Shown here piece after piece: positions 41,820 to 53,199 of a stretch of 64,000 bases of DNA; within the stretch, counting starts at the first letter, position 1; every line of letters starts with the position of its first letter. This stretch comes from Haplodiscus bocki (lineage: Eukaryota), in the NCBI GenBank assembly GCA_965655095.1, contig OZ296658.1, forward strand, positions 12,028,001 to 12,092,000. Reading direction: 5' to 3'. The position numbers and the translations under genes are program-made. The notes beneath the pieces are model-generated. The model did no database searches and was not told the DNA's origin. It saw only the letters and a list, made by a program, of their open reading frames with translations.

Positions 41820-42050
41820 CGCTTCTTCCTTTTCCCCAAATCAAGATTCTTTCCAAAATTTTCGGTGTAATGTTTTTTCATATAAAATTTTTCCAGTGAA
41901 ACTATTAAACAATTTTTCAAATTTAAGAAAACACTTTCGGAAATGTTTTCGTTAACCATCTAAAGAGTTCAGTTTGAAAGGAAATTTGGCAAAGTGTTTG
42001 TGTGTGTGTGTGGGAGGGGGGGGGGGAGTGGGAGAGGGTTTAAGAAGGAA
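41820..42050. repeat. Dispersed repeat with (GT)n and a G-run; inverted diverged copy at ~56895-57105
   Basis: CTTCCTTTTCCCC...CAAGAT...TTCAGTTTGAA...GTGTGTGTGGGAGGGGG is matched in reverse complement near 57 kb. Confidence 0.6.
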
Positions 42051-43173
42051 CGAAATAGGTTTTAGTTTCGAATATGAAGGTGTGCCAGACGTTTTTGACC
42101 TAAATTGTGCAATTTTCACTCTGATTTTCTAGAAAAGCGATATTTTCTGATGATTGACAATGATGTCAGTTGTTTTTGAAGAATTTTGGCGTGTTTTTTT
42201 TCAGTGATAATACTACTTTTCAGAGTTCAGTTTATAAACATGTTTTTTATGGGTCGCCGACTCAAAAAAATGATGCCTGATTACATCGTCAATTCTCTAA
42301 ACTGTTTTTAATAGACAAGAAAATGTCAAAATACGACCGTTTTACCTTCTTACTCCTGAAAGACTCTTGAAAATTGGTACGCGTAAATATTTTTAACCTC
42401 TCAAAGTAGTTGATAATTGTTAACAAACTATCAGCACCGTCTCAAACGTTCTGACTTCAGTCATCAGCCACGATAAAGGCTGACGCATGCTCTAAAGAAG
42501 AGACCGAAAGTTGCATAATTTCAGTCAAACTAGTCGACAGTTTTTTTATTAATTGTCCCAAAAAAACGTTGCATGCAAAAAATCCGAGCTCTCAAAAGGG
42601 TTAATATGAGTAAACAAGACATCAAAACGGCTCTAGAAGTTTTCGATCTCATTCGTCAATCATGAGGACTTGTGACGCCTAGTTGAAACATCAAAGTGAA
42701 AATTATATAATTTCGGTGAAGAAAATCTAGACAACTTTCATAATCCGAACCTATAATGGTTCACACTTTCATACTCACGGGAAGAATAAAGTTTGATGAT
42801 TGACAGACGATATGTTTCTGACTTGAAGGAAGTTCCGATGTCTTTTTACTAATGTTAACCATGTTACTAATGTTTTGAGGGATCGAAATTTTACATTTAA
42901 CGCTTTTTTGGGATACCTATCAAAATGAGCATGAGATTGTCAATTTTACACCTTGATCAAAACTGGAGTTGTCAATTTTGATGATTGACAAGATCAGAAG
43001 ACTTGAAAGAATGTTTTATTTACAAATACAGCTAATTTGACAAAGAAAAGTTTGAAGCGTACCTTTAATGGGTCACCGAGTATTTCTTGGTACTACGCCG
43101 AACATTGACAGGCAGGCATGGAAAGGTTACCTGAAAGGTTTCGGTCGTCTTCTTTTGTAATATCGTCTAGTTT

Positions 43174-43730
43174 CAGGGCGTACCGTTTTCTGGGTCTGAT
43201 ATAGGGCATTTGAAATCATCCACAATCAATGGCACTCGTCGAGTTATGCTGCTGGAAGGCCCATAAAAATCGTACACTTGGTTGCTCATTTTGGCAGCGC
43301 TGATATGTTTCATGACAGGTAAACTTGACTAACAACCGTTTTTTGGGCAGCTCCGTACTACCGGGTAATCCATAAAAAACGGTATGCGTTCAAATTTGAC
43401 GTTAGGTTAAAACATACACGCGCTGAAAAACTAAGCAACGGTTTTTATACAATATTGTATAAAAACCGTTGCTTAGTTTTTCAGCGCGTGTATGTTTTAA
43501 CCTAACGTCAAATTTGAACGCATACCGTTTTTTATGGATTACCCGGTAGTACGGAGCTGCCCAAAAAACGGTTGTTAGTCAAGTTTACCTGTCATGAAAC
43601 ATATCAGCGCTGCCAAAATGAGCAACCAAGTGTACGATTTTTATGGGCCTTCCAGCAGCATAACTCGACGAGTGCCATTGATTGTGGATGATTTAATATG
43701 CCATATATCAGACCAAAAACGGCACACATG
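43174..43730. mobile_element. Foldback, hAT-like MITE containing a perfect 482-bp palindrome
   Basis: 43213-43453 is the exact reverse complement of 43454-43694, with no spacer. The outer ~40 bp are imperfectly inverted and begin CAGGG. The 8-bp flanks are TCTAGTTT/TGTTGTTT (6/8). Confidence 0.85.
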
Positions 43731-44125
43731 TGTTGTTTTTGGTCATCTAGTACTAGGTAACGGAAAAATAGATAATTGTTCAAATTTCCGAGCTCTCACA
43801 ATTCAGGAGTCAGTGAAGTTGGCGTCAAAATGCTGCTAATAATTCATGTGGTAATTATGACACTTATTTCAAACATCAGTATATAAAATGTATAAATTAG
43901 CTCAATTATATCTAAATTACGTAATCTGAACTTAAAGTAGCTACTATCACAAGTTGCTCTCATTAGAAATGTCCGCTGTGTTCACTGACAAGCCAGATAG
44001 GATGTCTTGAAAGAAGTTCGGCAACCTTATATCAGCAGTGAGTAAGAATTATTAAATAAGAATTGTAGATGAGAAATTCACAGTGCGTAGTACTAGTAGC
44101 TGGTTGAGAAACATAATCTTGTTTC

Positions 44126-44340
44126 GGATCTTTTCTGTTAACTCCCCTCCCCCTCCCCCCCCTCCCCACAGTAGAAGCTCAAAGTTTAACCCCCCTCCAC
44201 GTAGAAGCGAACTCGTCTCTGATTGGCTAAAATTCACTTGCGCGTGAGTTAAAACATTACGCCGCTTATTATTTCGCATATCCATTATGGTGTGGGGGGA
44301 GTTGAATCAGTGGGGGGGGGGGACTTAACAGAAAAGATCC
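44126..44340. mobile_element. 215-bp MITE, Merlin-like
   Basis: TIRs GGATCTTTTCTGTTAACTCCCC / GGGGACTTAACAGAAAAGATCC; perfect 8-bp TSD CTTGTTTC (44118-44125 and 44341-44348). GG termini with an 8-bp TSD suggest Merlin. Confidence 0.85.
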
Positions 44341-44699
44341 CTTGTTTCTTCCGCATTAGAAATTAATCAATTTTGCATCACTGGGAAAACGATCGGATAA
44401 AAAAGTGGCTATTTGCAATCTTTTTCCAACTTTCGGCCATTTGATAGTTCCGCCATTTGGGAAACTATGCTAGATGTTTGAATTGTCTATGTTTCATGAA
44501 TTATTTGCCTGGGTTCATTAATGCACCATACAAAATTCTCATGCAAGTTCAACTAGGGTACCCTAGTAGCTAGACCGCGAAAATCAGGGACCACCATACT
44601 ACGTTATTCATACCTTTTAGCTGCTCTCGCACTGTTGGTAAACATGTCAAAGTGGTTCGTTTTATTATGTCATCCTTGTACGCATTGGAGCAAGCAAAA

Positions 44700-45454
44700 A
44701 TATAAAGTAAGACATTTGTACCCGAGAAAATCCTTGCTAATGTTCTACAATTCTTTTGCAAAATCAGTAATAACATGTGGTATACCATTATACGGTACCA
44801 CGTACAAAACCAATTTCTCTATAATTGAAACTGTGCAAAGAAGAATCCTACGGGCTATTTTTTTCAAAAAAAAACTTGAGTCGTTGGAAAAAGTGTTTGC
44901 TGACAACAAAACCTTGGCTGAGTTTGAACTTTTTATGATTGAAATACTCAGAGAATTGTTTCGACAACTAAAGTTTGAATCACCTCGTATTCTCATTCAA
45001 CCTCACCGATCAAGATTCAATGTACCAGACAAGGTGGCTAAAAAATACTTGTCTGCGCTAACCTATTGTAGAACTGTTACGAATAAAAAATCGTTAACCA
45101 ATTGTCTTCGAAAAGCATATAATTGGTTAAAAAATATGGATCTTATTACTTTTTCACTTGGAAAAATGTCTCTTCGTCAAATAAAACAATATTTATCAAA
45201 AGCCACATCACTCTACATTGTTGTCAACAAAAAAATGGAGCTGTTCTAAAGCTGATCAATAAAAATTTCTTTAAACGTCATTTTCCTCATTGATTCGATT
45301 TCATTCGGTTTCAACTTGGCTTCAAAGGTGCCTAGACTAGCAGAGCATCTTTGCTCCTTGTACGTCCTATTTGAGTGCCTTTCAAGACATATTGTTGCTT
45401 TTTTTATAGCTATTCACAGAAAATAAAAATCAAATTAGATCAAATTAAATCAAA
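44700..45454 (+). mobile_element. 5'-truncated non-LTR retrotransposon (CR1/L2/Jockey-like ORF2 C-terminus and 3' UTR)
   Basis: YKVRHLYPRKSLLMFYNSFAKSVITCGIPLYGTT...VQRRILRAIFF is the typical post-RT LINE segment. Stop at 45249, AATAAA at 45422, then an (AAATC/AAATT)n tail. Confidence 0.85.
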
Positions 45455-46406
45455 CAAGTCGACGTATTTGTTACTTTTTCACACAACGTTTAAGTGGTTT
45501 TAAAAATCATGTAAACGAGAGGAATTCTGAAAACTGTAGATTCCCAAATGACATAAGACCAGAAAACATAAAGTTGAAAAGAGTCTCAGTAAACATTAAA
45601 ACTAAATCTCCTAGGGACAAAATGTTCTAATTGGCTGAAATTAACATGCTTACTATTCGTTAACTTTGATATAATATAGGCAGTGGATGTTTGTACGGAA
45701 AACAAATTGTTAATTATGGCGTCAGGTAAGCATCTCCAAGCGTATCATGCGTACACTTAACGGCCACTGAGTGGTCGGAACGGGGGATGTCGAGGTGCCG
45801 AAGTTGTTGGTTTCAACGCTGATTGCATTGCAACTCCCTTTCCGGCTGTTATTAGCATAATCGGAACCATTTTGCATAAAGTTCCTTGATAATATTTTAT
45901 TTATTGAGAATATTCTTGATTTTATGTTCAGTTGTTTTATGTCATTTGGTACGTAATTCTGGAAACATTCGCATACAACTCTTTTTTTGAAAGCTTAGCT
46001 AGCAATCAACTTACAAAAAGGAAAATTCTTTTCAATTTCAGTTTTTCCAATGCAGCAATTCTATGGAATCTTTGGTATTTTCCACGTTTTTTCAAAGCTA
46101 TATTTCTACGAGGAAGTTGACAATGACGCCCCCACTTGAGCAGGAGTACTGATCAGTAATTTCTTGCCTCGGTATATTTACCTGGCGCCTCAACAACTAT
46201 ATAGTTGAAATAATTTTAGTGAGTTTCAATAACTGAACTGCTGCTGCATGTTAACTGCTTAAATCAAAATCAGATTGGGGACCAAAAAAACAATCTCCCC
46301 CCTCTCTCTAACTGCTGCTAGCAGGGAGATTCTTAACTAGGTTTCTCTTAGCTAGTAATATTTGAGAAATGAGTATTCGTGTAAGATCTAAGCAACTGAG
46401 AGTATC

Positions 46407-47870
46407 TGTCATGACCGCATGAGGGATAAACTGAGTTATCTTTATATCCCTAAAACCACGTCTATGTTCTATATCTATGAACCCAGCCTTTGACTTCCTG
46501 AAAAAATCTTGAATTTTTTGCCAGGAAACCCGGATTCTTGAATTTAATGGTAAGACTCCTTGATTCTTGAATTTTTGGTAGGAATCCTGAATTTCTGAGT
46601 TTTCTGTTAGGATCTGCATTTAAATGCACTAAATTCGAAAAACACATGCACTAAATGTAAAAGAAACATGACATTTTTTCTAATCCATATCAACATGATC
46701 TACCAATACGCTATATCCGCTATGACAATAGCAATTCCAGGTTAATTAAATAATAACATGGCCACATGTTCCACCTCTATGCTATATCGATCGCAATCGC
46801 TACTACCACGTTGAAATTTAATCAACTTGGAAATAACAATGTCCAAGCGGATATAGAACAGTGATAGAGTATTAGGCTATGGTACCAGAGGGCTGTGGTT
46901 CGAACACCAGTGAAAATTTTTTGATTTTTCGCATTTTTTCCTCCCAGATTATGTTGCAATATTCTAGTAGCATTCCTGGATAATCCTACCCTGAATCTTG
47001 AGGAATCCTGGAAGGATCCTGACAGGAAATCCAAGATTTCAAAGGCTGGGAAGCTACTATAGTAATTAGGATCTTAATGCAAGTTCTGTTGCCGGAAAAT
47101 GCATCAAGGTAAAAAATGCAACTCTGCTATATAACTTCCCCTCTACCCCTAATATGAAACCGATTATATATTATCCAACACACTATATAGTATGTATAAC
47201 TAAGTATTGCTGGGCATTTTATAAATTAACAGTCTCATGTACACCAAAACCAACAGTGCAGAAAAACCAAGAAAAGTAAAACATATTGGCGCTAGATTCT
47301 GTTTGAAGGTCATAGGAGAAAAAACTTATTAGGAAACTAACGCACTGGTAAGCTTCGGCCGGAAACTCACATCATTACAAGTGCCCTCTGTGTTGCTTCA
47401 ACTCTACCAATCAGACTGTAAGTCAAACAAATGAGCTGAATCTGCACCACATCGGGAAACATCCGTGCGGATGATTTCGCTCTTACAATCCACTCTGCAG
47501 GAGGAAAATACAAGAACTCTCAAAAGGAGAGAATATACATCACTAGCAAGAGATAGGGTACAAGCCAAATGGATTGGGAGAACGTATAGAAATACATAGG
47601 CTTCAATCCGTCGTGGATGGGGATGGATGAATAACATATCTCTGACCATATCTACCGAGAGAAACCAGTGGAGAAAATTTACAAAATTACAAACAGAATA
47701 TGACGCATCGGTTTCGGTCAGATGGTGGGATTCCAAGAAAACTCACGCATTCTTCAAAGTCTGAGTACGATACTGACTTAATTAATATTTTAGTCACATC
47801 ATTCGATGCAGAATTCCATAACTACAGGTATTAGTGCTAACAGAGACATTTACCGATGTCTGATCATTAT
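46407..47870 (+). mobile_element. LTR + tRNA-Leu-like PBS + leader stub (copy 1), interrupted by an EnSpm-like element
   Basis: Begins TGTCATGACCGCATGAGGGA and is colinear with 51131-52000. GTCAGATGGTGGGATTCCAA (~47717-47736) resembles the complement of a tRNA-Leu 3' end. About three 49-bp units follow. Confidence 0.65.
46482..47050. mobile_element. Non-autonomous CMC/EnSpm-like DNA transposon
   Basis: TIRs CCCAGCCTTTGA / TCAAAGGCTGGG, 2-bp TSD AA, and subterminal GA(A/T)TC(C/T)TG repeats. The empty site is visible in the paralogous LTR (ATGCATGAAGCAA, ~51198-51210). Confidence 0.85.
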
Positions 47871-48316
47871 TATATGTTGAGAAATTTGCAAAAAACTGCC
47901 AAAAAATTGTGCTTGTTGGGAACACATACATGGCTGAGAGGTGAAATTTTCAAACAGAACTTTGTGAAGATTTCGATCTCTACTGGAAGTAAATAGAAGA
48001 GACATGTTATAACTTTTTTATAGAACTTATTCCGGGAACCGCTATTTTTTCTGAAAGTTTAGATTTTTTTGATTTTTTCAAATTTTTGCAGAGTTTTTCA
48101 AAATCACAAGATAGCATTTCTGTATGACACTACGTCTAGATTCCTGTTTACCGTTGTGTTAGAAAGGAATGGAAGTTTTAATTGTGAATCAAGATTGGAA
48201 CAGTTTACCTCGTAAGCAAAAAGGGTAAATACTACAACTTATGACCTTAGAAAGGTCATCAAATGTAAACAGAGACGCGGATATCTCCGACCAGCAGATC
48301 TAATTGACTAATAGAG

Positions 48317-49086
48317 TTGCCAAGGCAACTTACAAAGGCGGAACAAGAAATTACCAAATTTCATCAGGAATACCTTACATTATCGCAAGTTTCAAAGCAT
48401 TTTATCTTACCAAAAGTTGCTTGTTCCATTTTTAATGGACAGTTGAAAGCCATAGGTACTAAGCAACGGAAAAAATCCAAGTTGACTTTAAAATTAGACA
48501 TCCAAGAAGGAAGAAAGCTCAATAAGAGGTCTGTCAGTGATCGGGCAAAAAAACGACACAAATTTTGATTAACTTGCAGCCAAAAGCAAATGTTTTAAAT
48601 CTCTAATCTGAAAGATAGTAGTATGGTAACGGTTACGTGCCAGAATTGCAATGAGAAAACCACTTTTGAGCAAAATGAATCACTATTCCAGAAAAGAATG
48701 GGCAAACAATCATGTCCTTTAACCCATCACTTTTTGGGAAAGTATATTTTATATCAACAAAACAACTCTCAAAGTGGTCTGAAATTGAACAATATATGTC
48801 CATCAACCTTTTGAAACTGGTTTGGAAGAAAAATCCAGATTGGAAACTACAAATTTTTGAGGATAAAAAGCTCATGGTTTGGGGCTTCATTACTTATGAT
48901 TGCAGAAAATGTCAAATGAAAATTACAGAAAACTCGAACTCCAAATATTACAGCAATTTTTGCTGGAAGAATTTTTTTCAAACTTGACCCTCGGTGAAAT
49001 TTCCAACGGGATAGCGCTCCTGGCCGAAACGTTTCCAGGACAAATGTTTGGGTGGCCGAGAGTTCGGTAGTTTTGTTGGGACTTTT
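48317..49086 (+). pseudogene. Tc1/mariner (Tc1/Tc3-like) transposase relic
   Basis: N-terminus (L)PRQLTKAEQEI, then KLMVWGFI, NSKYY and FQRDSAPG at 49001 (the FQQDNAP motif). Cut by the LTR at 49087. Confidence 0.8.
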
Positions 49087-49767
49087 TGTCGTGCTGGTTG
49101 GCCGTGGGGCTGAATGACGTGTTGTCACGTCTCAAACCGGTCGCTTCGCTGTTTTCAGAGGATTTCAACACAATTGGACCCGCTAATGGAGCGAATAAAT
49201 CGTGTATTCGCCTCAAAAACGGATCCGTTGATTGCTTGATTCGCTCGTCAATCGATTTCAAGGTTCTTCCAGTAGTTGTGAACTCGTTACCTTGAGGGCC
49301 TAGCTCAGTTTCTTGTCTCAGTCGTAAATCAATTGTATCCGAGAAACTGTCGTGCGTTTGAGTGGAAGCTTAGGTTCCATTAGTCAGCAACTCTGGAAAA
49401 GTGTGGTTAGTTGTAATTTTGTGAATTGTCTTCTGGGGGTGATGCGTAGCTAAGATCAGTGTAATTGTTGAAGCAGTCGGGTTTTTACTTTCACAAACGA
49501 GAAATTTCAGAGTGTTTTTATGGATAATTGCGAAAAAGGACCGTAGATTAGTATCTCTGCGAATCGAGAGAAGTTGCGTGCGCAGCAGTATTACACGAGA
49601 GGTGTAGTTGGCTGTGCTGAAACGAAGTTAAAGGGATGTTAGATGCGCGTAGGTGCTGTGGTTTATTTGGCGACGCAAAATTTTCACAAGACAATTCGGA
49701 TGCTTCCCAATGGAGCACACATTCACACCATTGTGTGCTAGCGCCAATAATCTTTCTAAATAACACA
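49087..49767 (-). mobile_element. Probable solo LTR with a gag N-terminal stub
   Basis: Left end TGTCG. The minus-strand ORF SIDERIKQSTDPFLRRIHDL...ANQHD reaches the terminal CA and resembles the 4563 stub. The right end is placed at ACACA 49767 by a CTTTT/CTTTT flank that could be chance. Confidence 0.55.
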
Positions 49768-50919
49768 CTTTTAAAACCGCACTTTCTCTTACATTTAAGC
49801 TACAAGCACGGCATAATCATTTTATTGCTATAAGCACTATCGGGCGTCGATGGTAATTGCTTGATTGACTGAAGGGAGCATACGTACGGCTAACTGTTTA
49901 TGTTCATGTTTTTTTTTCATGAACTTGTTTCATGTTCAGCACTGATTGAAGAACTACATTTAAAAATGCAGGCAATTTTTTCAACGCAGTTTAGAGCTAT
50001 TCCCGCGCCTATTTAGAAAAATTGGACCAGAATGAGTTCTGTCAGAGCTTAGTCTCAACATTTCACCACTGCCGAGGAGAATAATGCACACGTGAGAGTG
50101 AGGTGCGGTACGATGCACTATCGATGATGAATTTTGATGTTGTTCAAAGTTGAGTGCACTTTGAGTGATTTGTATTTCGGCTCACTTTAAACAATGAATC
50201 TCATGCATGCTGGTTCGAACTGCACCTTGGAAGTATTTTTTTTCACCCGATTCCGGCAAGACCGAATCAACTTGTCCAAAAATGTTGCCAAAACACTAAA
50301 TATTAGAAAATCATGAACAACTGTTATTTGTGCGTTGTCCTTTTGTTTTGTTTCATGTGTTTTTTTTACATTGTTTTCTAAACCGTTCAATTATTATTTC
50401 ACAAAGAAATGTTCCACTCTTCTGTGACTCTACTGTATCAAAGAAACTCATTGCGGTACTTTGATAAAAGGGATTTGTAACATTTTCAACTGAAATTCTG
50501 AGAAACTTGAATAGTCCGAGAGTGATATCGAATATTAGAAGTAAATCAACGATAAAAACTCGTAAAGCGTGAAACTTCTAGTTCCAATTTTTAAAATCTT
50601 GCCAATGCTATTCTTCAAAATGTCTCACTACTCTGACAAAAATCCGAAACTTCTCGAAATTTTGTGGCAAATGCACAGAATTTTCAGAGAGTATCTAGAA
50701 AAAATTAATTGTCTCCACTATACAAATTTGACTATCAAGTTTCTGAAACGCCTTTCATGAACCTGGCAACGAAATTACTCAAGTGTTAAACAATGGATGA
50801 GTTTGAACAAAAAATTTTTCTTGTCAAAAATCATACAAGAACGAAAAATCTCAAGTTAAATTTTCGTACCTAGAAATATTTAGCCAAAACAACCATATGG
50901 AGCACAAGAAGCAAAACTC

Positions 50920-51087
50920 TTTGGCTGCAATTACTGTGGAGCCAAACTCAAGCAGCGTGGCACACTCATGCAACACGAAAGAATACATACCAGATCTTAG
51001 CTCACTGAATGCAGTTACTCTAGAGCAACGTTCAGGAGACGTGGCTTGCTGATAAAACACCAACAATTTCACACTGCAAATCAATAA
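50920..51087 (+). pseudogene. Two tandem Kruppel-type C2H2 zinc fingers, disrupted
   Basis: FGCNYCGAKLKQRGTLMQHERIHTRS*LTECSYSRATFRRRGLLIKHQQFHTANQ*. There is an in-frame stop in the linker and a C-to-S change in finger 2. Not in the ORF track. Confidence 0.8.
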
Positions 51088-51130
51088 GTTGGCCAAAAAG
51101 TATCTTCAGAAATTTATTGTGAAAGATAGT

Positions 51131-52640
51131 TGTCATCTCCGCATGAGGGAAATCTAACGTTATCTACATGTTCTTAGAACTATGTCTATGTTCTATATGC
51201 ATGAAGCAATTATTGTAAAGATGATAATAATTTGAGTTCTTTGACCGAAAAACACAAATGTGTAGATGCAAATATGCCATATTACTTCCCGCACTGCCAG
51301 ATATGAAGGGAATATATAATCTTCAGCACACAATGTAGAATGTAAAACCAAGCCTTGCTGAGCATTTACAAATTAGACATTTCATGAATACCAGAACCGA
51401 AAGTGCAAAAAATATCCAAAAATGAGAAACACATTGGCTCTAGATTCTGACTGAAGCTAAAAGATTGAAAAGCATACTAAGATAAAAAAACACGAAATGG
51501 CTTCGGCCGGAAACATACATCATTACGAGTGCCCTCTGTAATGCAAAAACTCTTTTAACCAGACTATAAATCGGATAAACGAGTTGAAGCTAATCCACGT
51601 CGGAAATTATCAGTTTTGATGTTTTCACCCAACAATCCATTCTGCAGTAAATAGGCACCCGGACTCTCGATCGAACGCAATACACAATTGTTGAGAATAG
51701 ATAGAGCACAAGCAGAATTGATATGGGAGAACTTATCAGAAACGTGTGTTTCTATCCGTCAAGGATGTAGAACAGTGAATAACCTCCCTGTAACCAATCG
51801 CAGTCCACTGCCAGAAAATGATTGACTAACGCACTTTAATGAGTAGGTAATTAGGCACATCGGTTTTGTTCGGAAGACGGATTAACTTTAAAGTCCACAC
51901 AATTCCCAACGTCTTGGCAAAAACACTGACTTATTGATGCAATAGAGACATTTTCGGACGTCTGAGATTGAATACTCATATACTGATGCTAAACAGAAGT
52001 TTTCTAAAGTCTGAGTATAATTAACGACTTATTAATTCAACACAGACAATCTCCGATAACTGAGTTTCAAATTTGATTTACCAATGACCTAACAGCACGA
52101 GCGGTAGCAGAAATAAATTGATGTCTTAATATTGAATTACAAGTGAGTGTGTCAAAAGACAATTTCACATGTCTGACGTTAAATACTCACTTATTGAAGC
52201 TAAACAGACATTTCCGATGTCTGAACTTACTTAAAAAATTTTCATTACAACATAGTCGTTTTCCGACGTCGAGTCATATGTTTGATTTTTCACTGCTGTA
52301 ACAACATTCATCGATGCCAAACCAACTACTTTACGCCACGAGTGGCAAAAGAATTTTTCTGTCACCTGATTAAAGAATTAAATGTAACGGTGCTAAGAGA
52401 GACAACTACCGATGTCTGCGGAATGATTACCTAATAATTAAAGATAGGAGTCGTCAACAGACTGTTCCAGATTTACCAGTTCAAAGGACGTTTTCCGTTG
52501 TCACAGACCAACCTTTGCAGTACAATTAAGAGTCTTCAAAGGAACAACCTGATATATTAGTTTACAGTCTTTTCCCGATATCTGTGTAACTTACACTTCT
52601 TGTCAAATCGGGCTCATTGACGTTTCCGGATGTGGATGGT
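51131..52640 (+). mobile_element. LTR + decayed PBS + leader with a 49-bp minisatellite (copy 2)
   Basis: Begins TGTCATCTCCGCATGAGGGA. Shares blocks such as GCTTCGGCCGGAAAC.CATCATTAC.AGTGCCCTCTGT with copy 1. Confidence 0.65.
51895..52590 (+). repeat. Degenerate ~49-bp tandem repeat with hairpin core CAGACAT-TTCCG-ATGTCTG
   Basis: Cores at about 51945, 51994, 52043, 52156, 52205, 52253, 52399 and 52565. The linkers are related to each other (AATACTCACTTATTGAAGCTAAA-like). Confidence 0.8.
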
Positions 52641-53199
52641 GCTCTGTGCCGAGAAACTTTTTTGACTTAAACAACCCCATTTGTAAACACAATTCGATGT
52701 TTAGTGCTGATTCACCATTTTTACTTTGTTCATGAGTCCGCGACAGTTTTTGAGTAGTGAATATGTGTTTGAATATATGGCGGTGGAGTTGTGTTTCACA
52801 TTATAATTAGTAACCTGAGTCGGCAGTAACCTAGTAAGAGTCGGCAGGAGCTTATTGATGGTAACAACTTCGCCACCATCGGTCACGTGACCCAACAGAT
52901 TGGACCGCAAAAAGAGGTCAACGCAGTTTTCAATAACCGAGTTATTAAGTTTGCAGTGACTTACATCAATACACGTCGATTTCGTTAATGAAAATTTAAC
53001 GATTACCAGACGGTAACCAAAAGAACGCTTAATTACGAAAACGACAGCTTCAATCCTATTTTTCACTCGCTTTGTTACAAAAAACACCCGCATCGCTTCA
53101 CATGCGTCTGCACAGAGAAATTTTATTTTTTTTTCACCGAGTATTGAAAGAAACCCGACTTCGGACAAAACTTATAAATGCAAGTCTCCATCAGTTGTT

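Noticed and set aside
42393-42604. piggyBac-like ends TTAACC...AGGGTTAA
   Set aside because: The two ends do not form matching TIRs beyond a few bases.
46846-46912. Functional tRNA gene
   Set aside because: The acceptor and anticodon stems pair poorly. Kept only as a tRNA-like relic.
51895-52590. CRISPR-like array of palindromic cores with spacers
   Set aside because: The linkers are related to each other, the cores are degenerate, there are no cas genes and the context is eukaryotic. It is a minisatellite.
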